Positions 52,110-64,000 of a stretch of 64,000 nt of DNA are shown here, one piece after another (the stretch's first letter is position 1; each line of letters starts with the position of its first letter). Location of the stretch: contig NW_026923980.1 of NCBI RefSeq assembly GCF_032062105.1, positions 1 through 64,000 on the forward strand, in the 5' to 3' direction. The DNA comes from Saccostrea cucullata. Its lineage: Eukaryota. Position numbers and translations under genes: made by a program. The notes beneath the pieces were generated by a model. The model saw nothing but the letters and a program-made list of their open reading frames with translations. It ran no database searches and had not been told where the DNA came from.

Positions 52110-53524
52110 AAAAAAGACCCATTGTTGTTTTGGTCATATTTGTAGGAATGGGAGTAGGTGCCATGTGTCTGGGGTTTTCCACTAAATCTGTAGCCAGATC
52201 CATAAGATTTCTGATGGCTTCCCTGATTTTTTCCTGCAGATGACCCTTGAAAACTGTATCCTTGGAGTTTTTTGCTCACTTTCTTCGAGGTATCAATTTT
52301 CTTGATCTTTTCATCTACGTTGTCGCCGAAGAGGAATTCTGTGACCTTGTTCGAATCATTGCACAGAGGTTTATAACTCTGTTTCAATTCTGGCCGGATT
52401 AAATATCTCCGTTTGTGAGATAAATCTGTAAAAGCTAATTGCAACAGTTTTACTGTATCTTGTGCTAGTTCAAGGCATTCCTTCATATCTGTGACTTCCG
52501 ATGTTTTTGATTTTCTTGCCGAAATCAATTTGTCTAAAAGTCTGCAAGCGGGGCTCAAAGCTTTTAACACAATTGTTTGGGATTTCTGGATTTTAAAATC
52601 TATTGACTGCGCCTTTTTCTTTAACGATGGCCATATTTCTTCATTGATACGGGGCACCGTCATGTTAGAGCAGTTTTCGGGTCTGTTGTGTTTTTCACAC
52701 AAATTTTTTGCCTTGTCTTCAGATGGTCTTACTTGGAAATTTGTGTTGATAACTTTTGCTAACTCAGCACTTAGAGCTGGTCCTGTTTTGTCATCTTTTA
52801 CCATAAACTCTTCTAATGATTCTAAGAAATCCTCTTCATCCTTGTCCTCGTCTTTATCCTTTTGCACTTTGGATATCAGGTCATCAAGAGTTTCTTCGTC
52901 ATCATTGTCCGACGTTAGTTCATCAGGCTCATTTGCGACCTGAAAACACAATTATCCATGTAAACTACATCATATTATCTTGCAGTGTTAGATCTCTCAA
53001 TAACAGAGTTTTTAACCTGATTTTATTTATAATATTGTTTTGAATATTGCCTTTCTATTTTAATTATGAAATTTTTTAGCTGCACAATTACTGCTGAAAT
53101 TATTGTTTTATGTCAGAATGGTAATACGTGCCTTGCGTTTCTTAGAAACAGGCTGTTCTGTGGTATTAACCAATGGTCTTTGCCGCATGAGATGATTAAG
53201 TATACTTTGGTTTTGAAAAAACAGTTTTTTCCATTGCACATGATCATCATCATCGTCTTCGTCCATGGGCGCAGCCATATTTGTTTGGCGCAGAGCATTC
53301 TGGGTCTTCTGGGCGTCCATCAACATCGATGGCGGGAAAGCAGGCGAAGCTCCGCCCACTACACAATCACTCTGAACAGTTTGAACTGTTTCTTCTCTTG
53401 CAGCTTCAGGCACAACAATGGACAAGAATTGATTTCTGTCATTATGGGATTGAACTCCCGCAACCAAACTGTCGAAGACAGCATCGCTATTCAAACGATT
53501 AGGTTCATTGGCCAAGTTCGCCAT
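52064..53524 (-). CDS. DIRS Gag-like ORF1, probably spliced (53524-53132 joined to 52939-52064, 422 aa)
   Basis: RPENCSNMTVPRINEEIW and FLFGD motifs; ACAATGG start; phase-0 AAG|gcacgt donor and tgttttcag|GTC acceptor. Confidence 0.75.
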
Positions 53525-55039
53525 TGTTTGTAAACAATGCACTCGTTAAGGGTCAAAGATTTTGACCCAAAACACAAGCAAACGAAGGTGAATGACACGA
53601 AGTGTCAAAATAAACAAAAACGTGTCAAAATAAACAAAAACTTCGTATTGCTATAGCTGAAAATACAGCAATATCAGTTCGATAAACACTATAAACAATC
53701 CAAAATTGACTGAAAATCCTTGTCGAAAATATAACGTGTCTTGTTTGGAATCGCGTTACACTAAGCACTGATTGGTTGAATGGAATCACGTGACCTAAGT
53801 CATCTCATATGATCCCTCAGTACTTTGATTTGATAGAATATCTACGACACCTTACGTCTAGCTGTATCGATGTCCGTTTTTGGTTTTCATATTTATAACG
53901 GAGTACTACATTTACCGCTTTTTGGCAGGTGATACTGCTGATTCAGTAAAAAATATGCAAATTTGTTTAAGTTTTTACATATCATTGAATTCATTTAAAA
54001 GAATATGTGCCTCAGAGTTTGAGGAGTTTCTGTGCACCGATAAAAAAGAAATCGCCAAAAAAAAAAAAAAAGAAGAAAGAAAAAGAAAATCCGGGACCGT
54101 CTGGAGCCGGGTGTCGGGAAGACTAGTTTTACCGCGTGCAAGATTGTTAAGTTTTTTTCGTTTGTCGTGTTTTTATTTACGTTTGTTCTGCAAAGATGAT
54201 CGTTGGTTTTGCATTCATATATGTTCATTACGTACGTGGTCGTTGGTTTTGCTTTAATGTATATTTGTTCTGCGAAAAGGTCTGTTGATTATGCATTGTA
54301 TATCATTTGTTAAGTTTTTATGGTCATTGAAATTAAAATATTTGTTTGTTTTCTCAATATGGTAATTTTTGCCCTTTTCGCTGCCCATAAAGTTCTATCA
54401 TGGTCGATACAAATAAAATTTTTCATTTAGTGAAATGCTAACTGGCGTACTTATGACTGTTGTTTGAAAATCATTCACACACTTCATTATCTACGGATTT
54501 TACCGTTTTCCCCGATTATGACTAGGACCATATGACCGGTCGACAGGGTATGCTCACCCCATCCTGACACCTGATTCATCTCATTCTGATGTTTAAGATG
54601 TCCGTGACTGCTCTGCTCCTGATTTTTATCTTTTTGATTGGACAGTTGAACATGGAAATTGCACATTATATATCTCCATATTTCATCGAGTACTCTTCTT
54701 TATTTTCACCTATTTGAATACCGAGTAGCTAAAGTAATACCAATTTCGTAATTTCATATTTATTGAAATCAATATAAAAAACACACACACACAATATCAA
54801 TTCCAACTGATATAAAGTTTACAATTCAGAGAGAAAATAACTGATTCCATGATAACTTTGCAGTCATCATGGAATTGCAACTTGATAAAGTTTTTCTTAA
54901 TTCATACAATTATAATCACATGAGTATGTCATCGAAAAGTAAAGACCAAAATCGTATTATGGATGGATTTTAGTTAAATAAAATTAAATCTTCAACGATT
55001 TTTGTCGTTGATCTGAAATTAGACAATCATCGCTGTGGT

Positions 55040-58000
55040 TTAAGAAACATTCCCCTTGTCTTGGGGCGGGGTCGAAGGGTGAAAACTTCGTGGTTCACAG
55101 TCCTCTTCACCGTCATTGTCCTCGTCGTCACTACTTCTATTAGAGTTCTTTATCGATGACCTACATTCTGGACACTGCTGCGATTCGTCACCGGTATCGA
55201 CGAAAAAACCAATGCTGTAGAAATGACCTGTTACGATATAGCAGACAACGACTCATTCAGTAGGTGGTTAGTTCACTGGTTTCTATAATAATTGTATTTA
55301 ATAAAGAAGAAAGGTTACTTACTGCCAAAAGAATGACCAATAAACTTACCATTAGTACATTTGTACCACTGGCCTTGCTTTGTGCACGCCACATTTTTTA
55401 AACTGATTCTTCGTTTATCGTCAGAAATCCAGGAACAGGAAGTCGGCTCTTTTCTCCTAAGTTCATCGAACGCAGCCGTAGCCTTTATAACGTCTTCAGG
55501 TTCAAAGGTACTCCTAGCTGGGCATCTCAGTCTGGTTATATGGAACTCAAGAAGTTCCTTGTCACTCTCAGTAATGTTAGTCATGTCATTATTTTTTTCC
55601 AATTCACATTTCATTATAACCAAATCTAAATATAACAAGTATCTCTCCACCTCATTTGCGAATTGCTTAAGTTCATGATCTGTAAAAACTATGTCAGTGT
55701 GTTTACCAATCCACTTTACCATACTTAGATATGTTCCCTTCATTTCAGGAAGAAGTTCTCTATGCGCTCTTTTAAGCTCTTTGACTCTTGGTCTTATTTT
55801 CAATATAAGATACCTGAGTAATTTTCTGACAAAAATATTTTCACAGTTTTGGGGCATCCGTTTCTCAATGCATTTTCTAAGATGGCTCGGAATAAGTCTT
55901 TTCCTCTCTTGAATTGATTGATTGATCCAAAAGCTATTGTAGAACAAATTGGCTTTTTCTTCTTCAATTTCTCGTTTTACTTCTTCAATGTCACGAAATA
56001 TTTGTTTGTTGACATTTCTGTACCTATTGCTTCTCTTAATAGGAGTGAAACATTTCGGACACATTTTCAAAACAACTTGTCTATCGTTATTAGGCTCATC
56101 AGTATACTCAGACTGCATATGTTTATCCATGGTTTCCAGCTCAAATATGTGTCCACAGTCTACGAGCTCGATGAAAAGGGTTTCATCGTTTCTTTTCGCT
56201 TCAGGAAACATTTTTTGTAGTTGATCCTTGTTGCATCTTTTGCAGAAGCTTGGGCATATCTCACCACACACTCCGGCGCACCTGTGTCGAAAATTGCAAT
56301 CTTTTAAAGTCCTTTTGCAACGGTTGTTGCAGGGAGGCCTTTCACAGTCTTCAAAGCACTGTTTAGAACATATGAATGAGTTTTTACATTTCCTATCGCA
56401 ATTCCAATTGCATGGCTCCATGCAAGGTTCACAGATTTTACCACACAAACGAGGACATCCTTCCCTATGTTTACATAATCTTTCGCATTTTTTGTAACAA
56501 GGTGGACACATACTCGAACAAAGATGACCTGTATTACAATTATGCCCACATATAAGATCTCGCGAGCATACTTGTTTACAAGGTATATGTAATCTTCCAT
56601 TTGAACAACTGTGGCAGGTACCCTTACATAAATGATCACAAGGAAGCGTTTCCCTACATTCCTTCTGACAGAGAAAACTCTCCTTTGCAGAACATTTTAT
56701 CAATGATTCATGACCGCAGGCTGGGTGTGTAACTTGCACCAAATCTTGACATGGATGTTGATTACAGATTTGACTGCATCTCAATGTACAGGGATGACCA
56801 CAATCACGCTGTCTCGTGCATTTTGCCGGACAAGGATGATCGCTTAGATCCTCTGAGCAAGGAACACGTACTTCATGTTCGCAAGTAGAATACTTCTTTT
56901 TTACTTTTTCCATGCATGGCCCGCATTCTTTAAAGCATTTTCTCTGGCACAGATGCCCATGGTCACACCATTTTCTTAAACACGCCTTTTGACATGGGAG
57001 GTCATGGATTGAGTCATCTGCATGACACTTTCTTTCACACACATGTCCACATTGAAGAAGAGTAGCGCAAGGTTCATCACACCCGCCGTCTTTCACATTC
57101 TCAAAATCATCTGGAGATGAAATGCTGGTGATCTTTTGGGGGTGATTGTTACAAACTAATGATAAGCTTTTCCCGAGCACATCTTTTTCTGTTGCCTTTG
57201 AGATTATTTTCATCCACAGATCATTACTGCGTTTATACAACATTTGAAAGTTTCCAAAAGCATAAAATCCTTCCTTAGCTCTTGAAAGCGAAACACAGAT
57301 TCTTTGTGGGTCTCCTAGATGACCTAATTTGCAATCCTCATTGCTACGAACAAGCGATAACAAAATTATTTTATTCTCCTCTCCTTGGAAGTTATCAACA
57401 GCAGTGATATGCACTCTTTGGTCTGTGATCTTCCTTCCTAGCACTAATTGTTGTGAAATTTCAGAGACTCTTGTTCTTATCTTTCTTACTTGATCATTAT
57501 AGGCTGATAAAATTGTTATATCGGAGTTTGAATAACCCTGCAAAATAAGATATTTGTACAAGTTGGCTATCATTTCAACTTCAAAGTCATTTGTGTAACT
57601 TGTAGAATAGTTTGATTGGCTTTCTGGATTTTGATGATCAAAGAAAAATATGTTATGTTTCATCCCTTTAACATTCTGGTATTCTAGAACAGTCGAATGG
57701 TCTTGAAGAGATGGATAAATTGTAGGGGTCAACATGCAAGATATTTCTGGCCTCATCCGATGTTGTTCTGTCAAGCATTGGAAAGGAAATCCATTCATGA
57801 CGAGTCGTTCCATCAGAGAAACATCTGTTTTATATTGACATCTAAGATCATAGTTGTTCATTGTTGGACGAAGTTGTTGGTGGTCACCGATCAGAATCAA
57901 ATGCTGTAGATCTTTCGTTAAGCAGCCGAGAATGTGCTGCTCGTGAACTTGAGCCGCTTCTTCCACTACAACAATCCGTGGTCGAATCTCTCTCAGAAGT

Positions 58001-60621
58001 TCCATATTTGACGCTGCGCCAGTCGTGGTCATTCCTATCATTTGGCAGGAGGTCAGAATAGAAAGATCACGTCTAAAGCGTTCCTGGTGATCATCTTGAC
58101 TTTTCCTGCTAAAATGAGAAATTAAATTCGCCCTTTGATTTTGAAATTTTATTGTTAAACCGTGAATCCAAAACCTATAAAGTTTCCAGCGTTCGCTAAG
58201 ACTTAGCCTCCATACGTTACGAATGCGGTTTACATTATGAATTGGCATAGTATCCTGGTGGCGTAGATTTTGTTGAACATATGACAACATTTTTCTGCGT
58301 TGTTCATAAGGCACTTGGTTCCAAAAATCCTGATAAATGCAAACATTTCGGAAGATCTTGTAGAAAGTGTCAGTGTAAAATATTATTCCATTTGTTTTCA
58401 CATTGTTTGGAATAAGATGTTCATCTGCAAAGACAAAAGAAGGACGAATGGCGTGTAATATTTCTTTCTCAAAATCATCATCATCATCACCAAGAATCCT
58501 TTTTTGATTTTCTTGCAAAAATAAGTCATCTATTTCTGTTCCAGTTTCACTTTGCGCATTGCTCACGTGGAAACGGGAGTACATCGCTGCATCAGGTATG
58601 CGTAGCCAAGCAATAATAATAGCTTCTTTACATGGAACAGACTTCTCATGAAATCTAAAATTTCTTTCTAGTGACCAAACATGTTGAGGGGATATTATGT
58701 TTTCAGTCTCCAAACACTTCGTTGATACTATACTTTTCTGTAAATAGGAAAGAAACGTATCAATGTACTTGACACATTTAGTAGAATTTTGTACATGCCG
58801 TCTGTTTTTACTCCAGTATCGCTCTTGTTTTCTGTGTTCTTTCAGCATAAACTTTTGAACTCGTTCGTTTACACATCTACCGCCTACTCTTACAAATGGC
58901 CGCTCCTTCCTTATAAACAGAAAACGGAGGTTCTCTGAATTAAGTAATTTCTCAAAAAACTGATCAAGTGCATGATTAGTGTGACTGAGAAGCAATATAG
59001 GTCGACTGTCGCTTTTTTCAAATTTCCTTTTGTTGCAAAGTAAGAATTCCATTATTCGCAATCCCATCCAGGTTTTCCCCGTCCCAGGCGGCCCTTGAAG
59101 TATACCAATTCTCTTTGTCAGACATTTTTTGAGCGCCTCATATTGATCTTTGTTGAATCCTAATACCTCTGCTGTTGGCCATTTATCAACATTAAGAATA
59201 GGAACCTTCTTATACATCGTTTTTGATATTTGCTCTCCATTTTGCAATAGACATCCAAAGTCTGCTAGTCTCACGTCAAAATTTTTTTTGCGTGTGTAAA
59301 GAGGTTCCAAAACGTCCTGTTTTAAATAAACCAAATACTTTGCAAACGGTATGTTTTCATTTTTCTCTAGCATTGCAGATGCAAGAGTCTTCAGAGACTT
59401 CAATGTGTGATCGTAAACCATATAGAAGGATTTACTTTCTATCATAACGAGACGACATTCTTGGACATTTCGTAGATCGTCAATCGCGTCCTCGTTTAAA
59501 ATTTTCAGCAACACTCTGCCTTCTGTTAGTTGTTTTAGATCACGATTTGCAATTAATGCGTACACTAAATGTGAACAATCATCATAGGTTAAACAAACGA
59601 CATTGCCGTATTGCAAGAAATTGCAACTCTCCCAACGAATCTTCTTATACATCTCCTTGTCAAACTGCACCTCTAGACCAACACCTGCTCCGGGAACACA
59701 TTTGTTATCAAGGAGACGTATTCTTTTGTAGACGCGTACGTTATCGTCTTTGAACCTTCCCTGTTTTTCTTTCGAGTTGACATATTCCATATAATTCCGG
59801 ATCCCCCGGCGCAGGGGACCGATAAAATCTTCTAAAAACAGGCTGAACTGGTCTATCAGATAATGGGCGGGACTTTTGTAAGGCAATTTTAAGTCGCGGG
59901 GTAATATCGGGAGTGATTCATTCTGGCGAATCATCTGTGCTGATGGTAAAATTGGCCAATTAACTAATTTTTGCAGCTCGTCTTTTATTTCTTTAGAAAG
60001 AATAAGCGGGGTATCACCATCTTCTTTGAGCTTTTCTAGTTTTTCTCTAACGTTCAGTGTATTAATAACTTCTCGTATCTGGTCCTTGACCATAGTGTCA
60101 TCACTGATACATTTTATTTGAGAGAGCAGTCCTAGTATGGTTTTTGTGTACTTTGTTTTGATATCTTTTTGTTTTGTAATTAAAAGTACAAGTTTTACTA
60201 TATTTTCGAGCCATTCTTCTGAATCACAACATTCTGACGTCAATTTTTCAGTAAGTAGACTCAACACATCATGTCTACGGAAAAAGTCCTTATCTTTTAA
60301 AAGTGAGCAAATGCTGTTTGGATCACTGCCTAGAGCGGTTGTCAGCATGCATACAATATGTTTGATGTCAGGTTCTTCCAATGTTGGTACATCAAGCATT
60401 TTTTCTACATTTTCCAATTCCACTGGCAACTTTTCTTCCCCTTCCGGTTCGCCGCTTATATCCATGGAATTCACGGGACCGATCTCGTCATCACTTCCGT
60501 TTTGAGTTTCTTCAGATACGTACTGTGCATAACCTCGAAAATCAAATGGACTTCTCACTCGCCGTCGTTTTGGTTCAAATGGTCTACGATCTAACGATCG
60601 TCTTCTTTTTCGACGTCCCAT
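55040..60621 (-). CDS. ZNFX1: NFX1-type zinc finger-containing protein 1-like (UPF1-like SF1 helicase, NF-X1 fingers, RZ finger), ~1819 aa
   Basis: QGPPGTGKT, VEEAAQ, LIGDHQQLRP, VDNFQGEE and SRAK motifs; CGHxCxxxC repeats; exon 60621-55350 spliced (G|gtaag...cag|GT) to 55227-55040 completes WYKCTNGHFYSIG...CPEC. Confidence 0.92.
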
Positions 60622-60823
60622 GTTTTAGTTTATAAATATATTTCCTTTTTCTGTAGAAAATAAAATTTCATTTGTGAGCATTATATGAATTGATTGCAAT
60701 GCAAATGATTAAATACATGGCGGTTATGGCCAGTGGATAGGGGATACTCACTCCTCTATGGAACCAGACCCCTATTTTTTATAGAGGTCCTTGTTTGCTC
60801 TTCTCCCAATTTTGATTTTTAAA

Positions 60824-60825
<2 letters not shown>

Positions 60826-60868
<43 letters not shown>

Positions 60869-61882
60869 TCTTTTTGTCCGTCGTCCGTCTGTCCATCCGT
60901 CTGTAAACTTTTCACATTTTCGACTTCTTATCAAGAACCACTGGGCCAATTTTGATCAAACTTGGTACAAAACATCCTTTGGTGAAGGGAAATTTAAATT
61001 GTAAAAATGAAGGGACATATCCCCTCGCAAGGGGAGATAATCAAGAAAAGACAAAAATAGGAAGGGGTCATTAAAAAATCTTCTTCTCAAGAACCACTGG
61101 GCCAGAAAAGCTGAAACTTATGTGGAAGCATCCTGGGGTAGTGTAGATTCTAAATTCTTCAAATCATGACCCCCGGGGGTTGGGCGGGGCTACAATGTGG
61201 AATCAAAGTTGTACATAGAAATATAAAGGAAAAATCTTTGAATATCTTCTTCTCAAGAACCACTGGGTCAGTAAAGCTGAAACTTATTTGGAATCATTCT
61301 AGGGTCGTGTAGATTCTAAATTGTTCAAAGATGACCCCCTGGGGGTAGGGCGGGCCACGATGGGGAATCAATGCTTTACATGGAAATATATAGGGAAAAT
61401 CTTTGAAAATTTTCTTTTCAAGAACCACTGGGCCAGAAAAGCTGAAACTTTTATGGAAGCATCCTGGGGTAGTGTAGATTCTAAGTTGTTCAAATCAAGA
61501 CCCCCGTGAGTAGGGCGGGGCCACAATGGGGAATCAAAGTTTTACAAAGAAATATATAGAAAAAAATCTTAGAAAATCTTCTTCTCAAGAACCACTGGGT
61601 CAGAAAAGCTGAAACTTATGTGGAAGCATCCTAGGGTAGTGTAGATTCTAAATTGTTCAAATCATGACCCCCGGGGATAGGGTGGGGCCACGATGTGGAA
61701 TCAAATTTTTACATAGAAATATATCTGAAAAAAAAAATCTGAAAATCTAAGCTGAAACTTATGTGGAAGCATACTGGGGTAGCGTAGATTTCAAATTGTT
61801 TAAATTATGATCAGTGGGGTAGGGTGGGGTCACAATATGTATTACAAGGTGGAAATCTGGTAAAGAACAGAATGGCCAAAGC

Positions 61883-61918
<36 letters not shown>
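60826..61918 (+). mobile_element. HINE carrying ~5-6 copies of a ~166-bp satellite (oyster Cg170-like)
   Basis: tagctcacctgagccgaaggctcaagtgagc 5' hairpin; ccgt microsatellite; tcaagaaccactggg every ~166 bp; 3' end ctcaggtgagcgatgtggcccatgggcctcttgtt. Confidence 0.9.
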
Positions 61919-61921
<3 letters not shown>

Positions 61922-64000
61922 GATTTGAGATTAAATTATCAAAAGAATGAGTGCACTTTAGTACGTATTTTGGAACCTTTACAGCTATCCATTTTAAGCT
62001 TTAAATCACAATATATCGCTAAATTAATGTATTTTTATTGTGCATACATATGCTTTTGATAATTATCCCTTGAATATTTTATCAAACAAATTATTATAAT
62101 TATAGATATGCTATTGATAATAATATGTATGAGCCTTAAATTCCGTTTTAACTTGATCACTGTTCGTAATTTTTCAGAATTTATTTACTTCCCCTCATGA
62201 ATAATATTCATATAATGCGACTACGTATGCTGAGAACTAAATTACCATGGAGTGTTTTCCCTCCTGCTCGAGTATACATTATGTACATACTCTAAAACCA
62301 TAACGCTACAGTTCTGTAGCTTACATCGCCCTACCATTAGTGTTCCGAGATACAACGATATGTAATTATAAAACTGAGATATTAAATTTAAAATTAAGAA
62401 CAAGAAAACAACTAGGAAGTTTAATTAACTTTAGTAAGAAAACATGTCTCTTTAATATCTTCCACGAAACTATTACATGTAAAGTTTATAACTAATACTA
62501 TACTTTTTATTTTATCAGGCGAAAAGAAACACACATACATGTTTATAATTTTACCAGAAGTCATCTATTCATCCTGGAAATAAGACATTTTCCTAACTGT
62601 TTTATTTATTCTACGTTAAATGTTGACCAACTTTCATGAATTTATCTTTGTCCTTTATAGAGTAAAAGTTAATGTCTCAATAACTTCCAAACAGCTCTCG
62701 TATATGGGTACAACATGTACAGGCCTAAATATATGAGTAAATATTGAGAAAAAGAAATGTATGAAAAAGAAACTTATTGTAATTTTTGTCTAAAATTAAA
62801 TTATGCTTAAGAATATTATGACAATATATATAAATGTGATAACAAAAGAGTTCTACGAAATTGAAACACGTTTTTAAAAAACTTTACTCAGCAGCGATTG
62901 ATTTTAAAATTGGGTGCAGGTTATTCAACTGCACTATTAAAGCGTATCGTCAGTAGAAAAGATATTGATAATGAACTTAGTCATACCTATAAATAAATCA
63001 TTCACGTGCATTAAATATACCCTTTAAATCTAGGTATATTATTCAGGGAAAGATTTTTCAATAATGGTTCAAATAAACAACTGATTACCATTGCAGCTTT
63101 TCAAAGCAAATCACTTTTCTTTTGTAAAATTTTGTTATTTTTTAATCTTTCTTTTCTTTAGAGACAAGTATGCCAAATATTCAATATCAAAAATACTAGT
63201 CTGCTGTCAAATTCAGAGCAGGGCTTTTTAAAAATAATTAAGGTGTATTGATTACTTACATAAATATTCTCTGAATCAATAGAGAAAGTATATAGCAGAA
63301 ACTAGTACAATGTTAACATGATTTGGACCTTCAAAACCTGATTCTGAATGTTATATACTTCCAAGGGCAATATTGTCCCCAAAAGAAGGTAAGATTTTTT
63401 GTTTTAGTTTTTTTAAACATTGTTTAATAATTAATGTCATGAAAAGGTTATAAGGCTAAATCACGGACACTTCATGCATTTGTTGGCAAAACAACTTGTT
63501 TATATATCTTACTTCAAAAACGCAACATAAACTGATCCCTCCAAATTCCAATACAAGAAATAAAATATAAATAAATTCAAATACTAGTTAGTTACGTTCT
63601 AATGTTCGCAAAGGTTGCAAACTGAAAAAAAATGCATGGTATGTACATGCAATTTGTAAAGGTTTTTTTTAAAAAAAAAAAAATTTCTCCGGATTTTACT
63701 TCATTTTAATTTAAACTTCATATTTTTACTTTATTTTCATCTTTTATTTTCACAATGCACTTCCAATTGTCCAAATCATGACAATTTAGTTTTTTTTTTA
63801 ATAAAATTTTCCAATGTCTACAGTACCCTGATCATAGGAGTAGATTAAGACTACTGTGCGTATCTATGCAACTATAAAATAGACATTATAAATAGATACT
63901 CAAATTCCATATACTTTAGATTTTAATGAAAGAATTCAATTGTTTAAATTTTTTAAACAGCTTTGATTATCAGGCTGATTTAGACTATAGAGCTTAAACT

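Larger units (their letters stand above)
47974..53838 (-). mobile_element. DIRS-1-type tyrosine-recombinase retrotransposon, near full length
   Basis: Inverted terminal repeats (53768-53838 vs ~48020-48093); terminal extension 47974-48020; internal complementary region ~48911-49029; gag, RT-RNaseH-MT and YR ORFs; no TSD. Confidence 0.95.

Noticed and set aside
55315-55349. ORF-track C-terminus KFIGHSFGSK of ZNFX1
   Set aside because: Intron read-through; splicing at G|gtaagt restores the conserved CxNGH...CPEC finger
47974-60621. Functional module of the DIRS element plus ZNFX1
   Set aside because: ZNFX1 lies outside the ITRs and no shared boundary is visible; adjacency is expected in a repeat-dense genome
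50124-60635. Plus-strand ORFs opposite DIRS and ZNFX1
   Set aside because: Antisense shadows of real minus-strand coding sequence with no recognisable motifs

Overview
AT-rich eukaryotic genomic DNA with spliceosomal introns, most likely from an oyster or other bivalve (inferred from the repeat families). Six host genes were reconstructed by hand from splice sites: the 3' end of an unidentified + strand gene (223-4925), PDAP1 (-, 6 exons), BUD31 (+, 4 exons), ATF4 (+, with intact uORF control), SETD9 (-, 6 exons) and a ZNFX1-like helicase (-, 2 coding exons). Mobile DNA is dense: a near-complete DIRS-1-type tyrosine-recombinase retrotransposon (47974-53838), an ~8.8 kb Mutator/foldback-like insertion between PDAP1 and BUD31, several Helentron-associated elements (HINEs) with internal tandem arrays, hAT-, Kolobok- and Tc1/mariner-like MITEs, Penelope and SINE remnants, and a 38/76-bp satellite. 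The strongest candidate for new biology is the DIRS element. Its sequence suggests one promoter makes Gag via a GC-AG intron, Gag-Pol via an HIV-type -1 frameshift site (UUUUUUA GGG), and Gag-recombinase via that frameshift plus an in-frame splice that removes RT/RNase H. All coordinates were read manually and no database searches were run.
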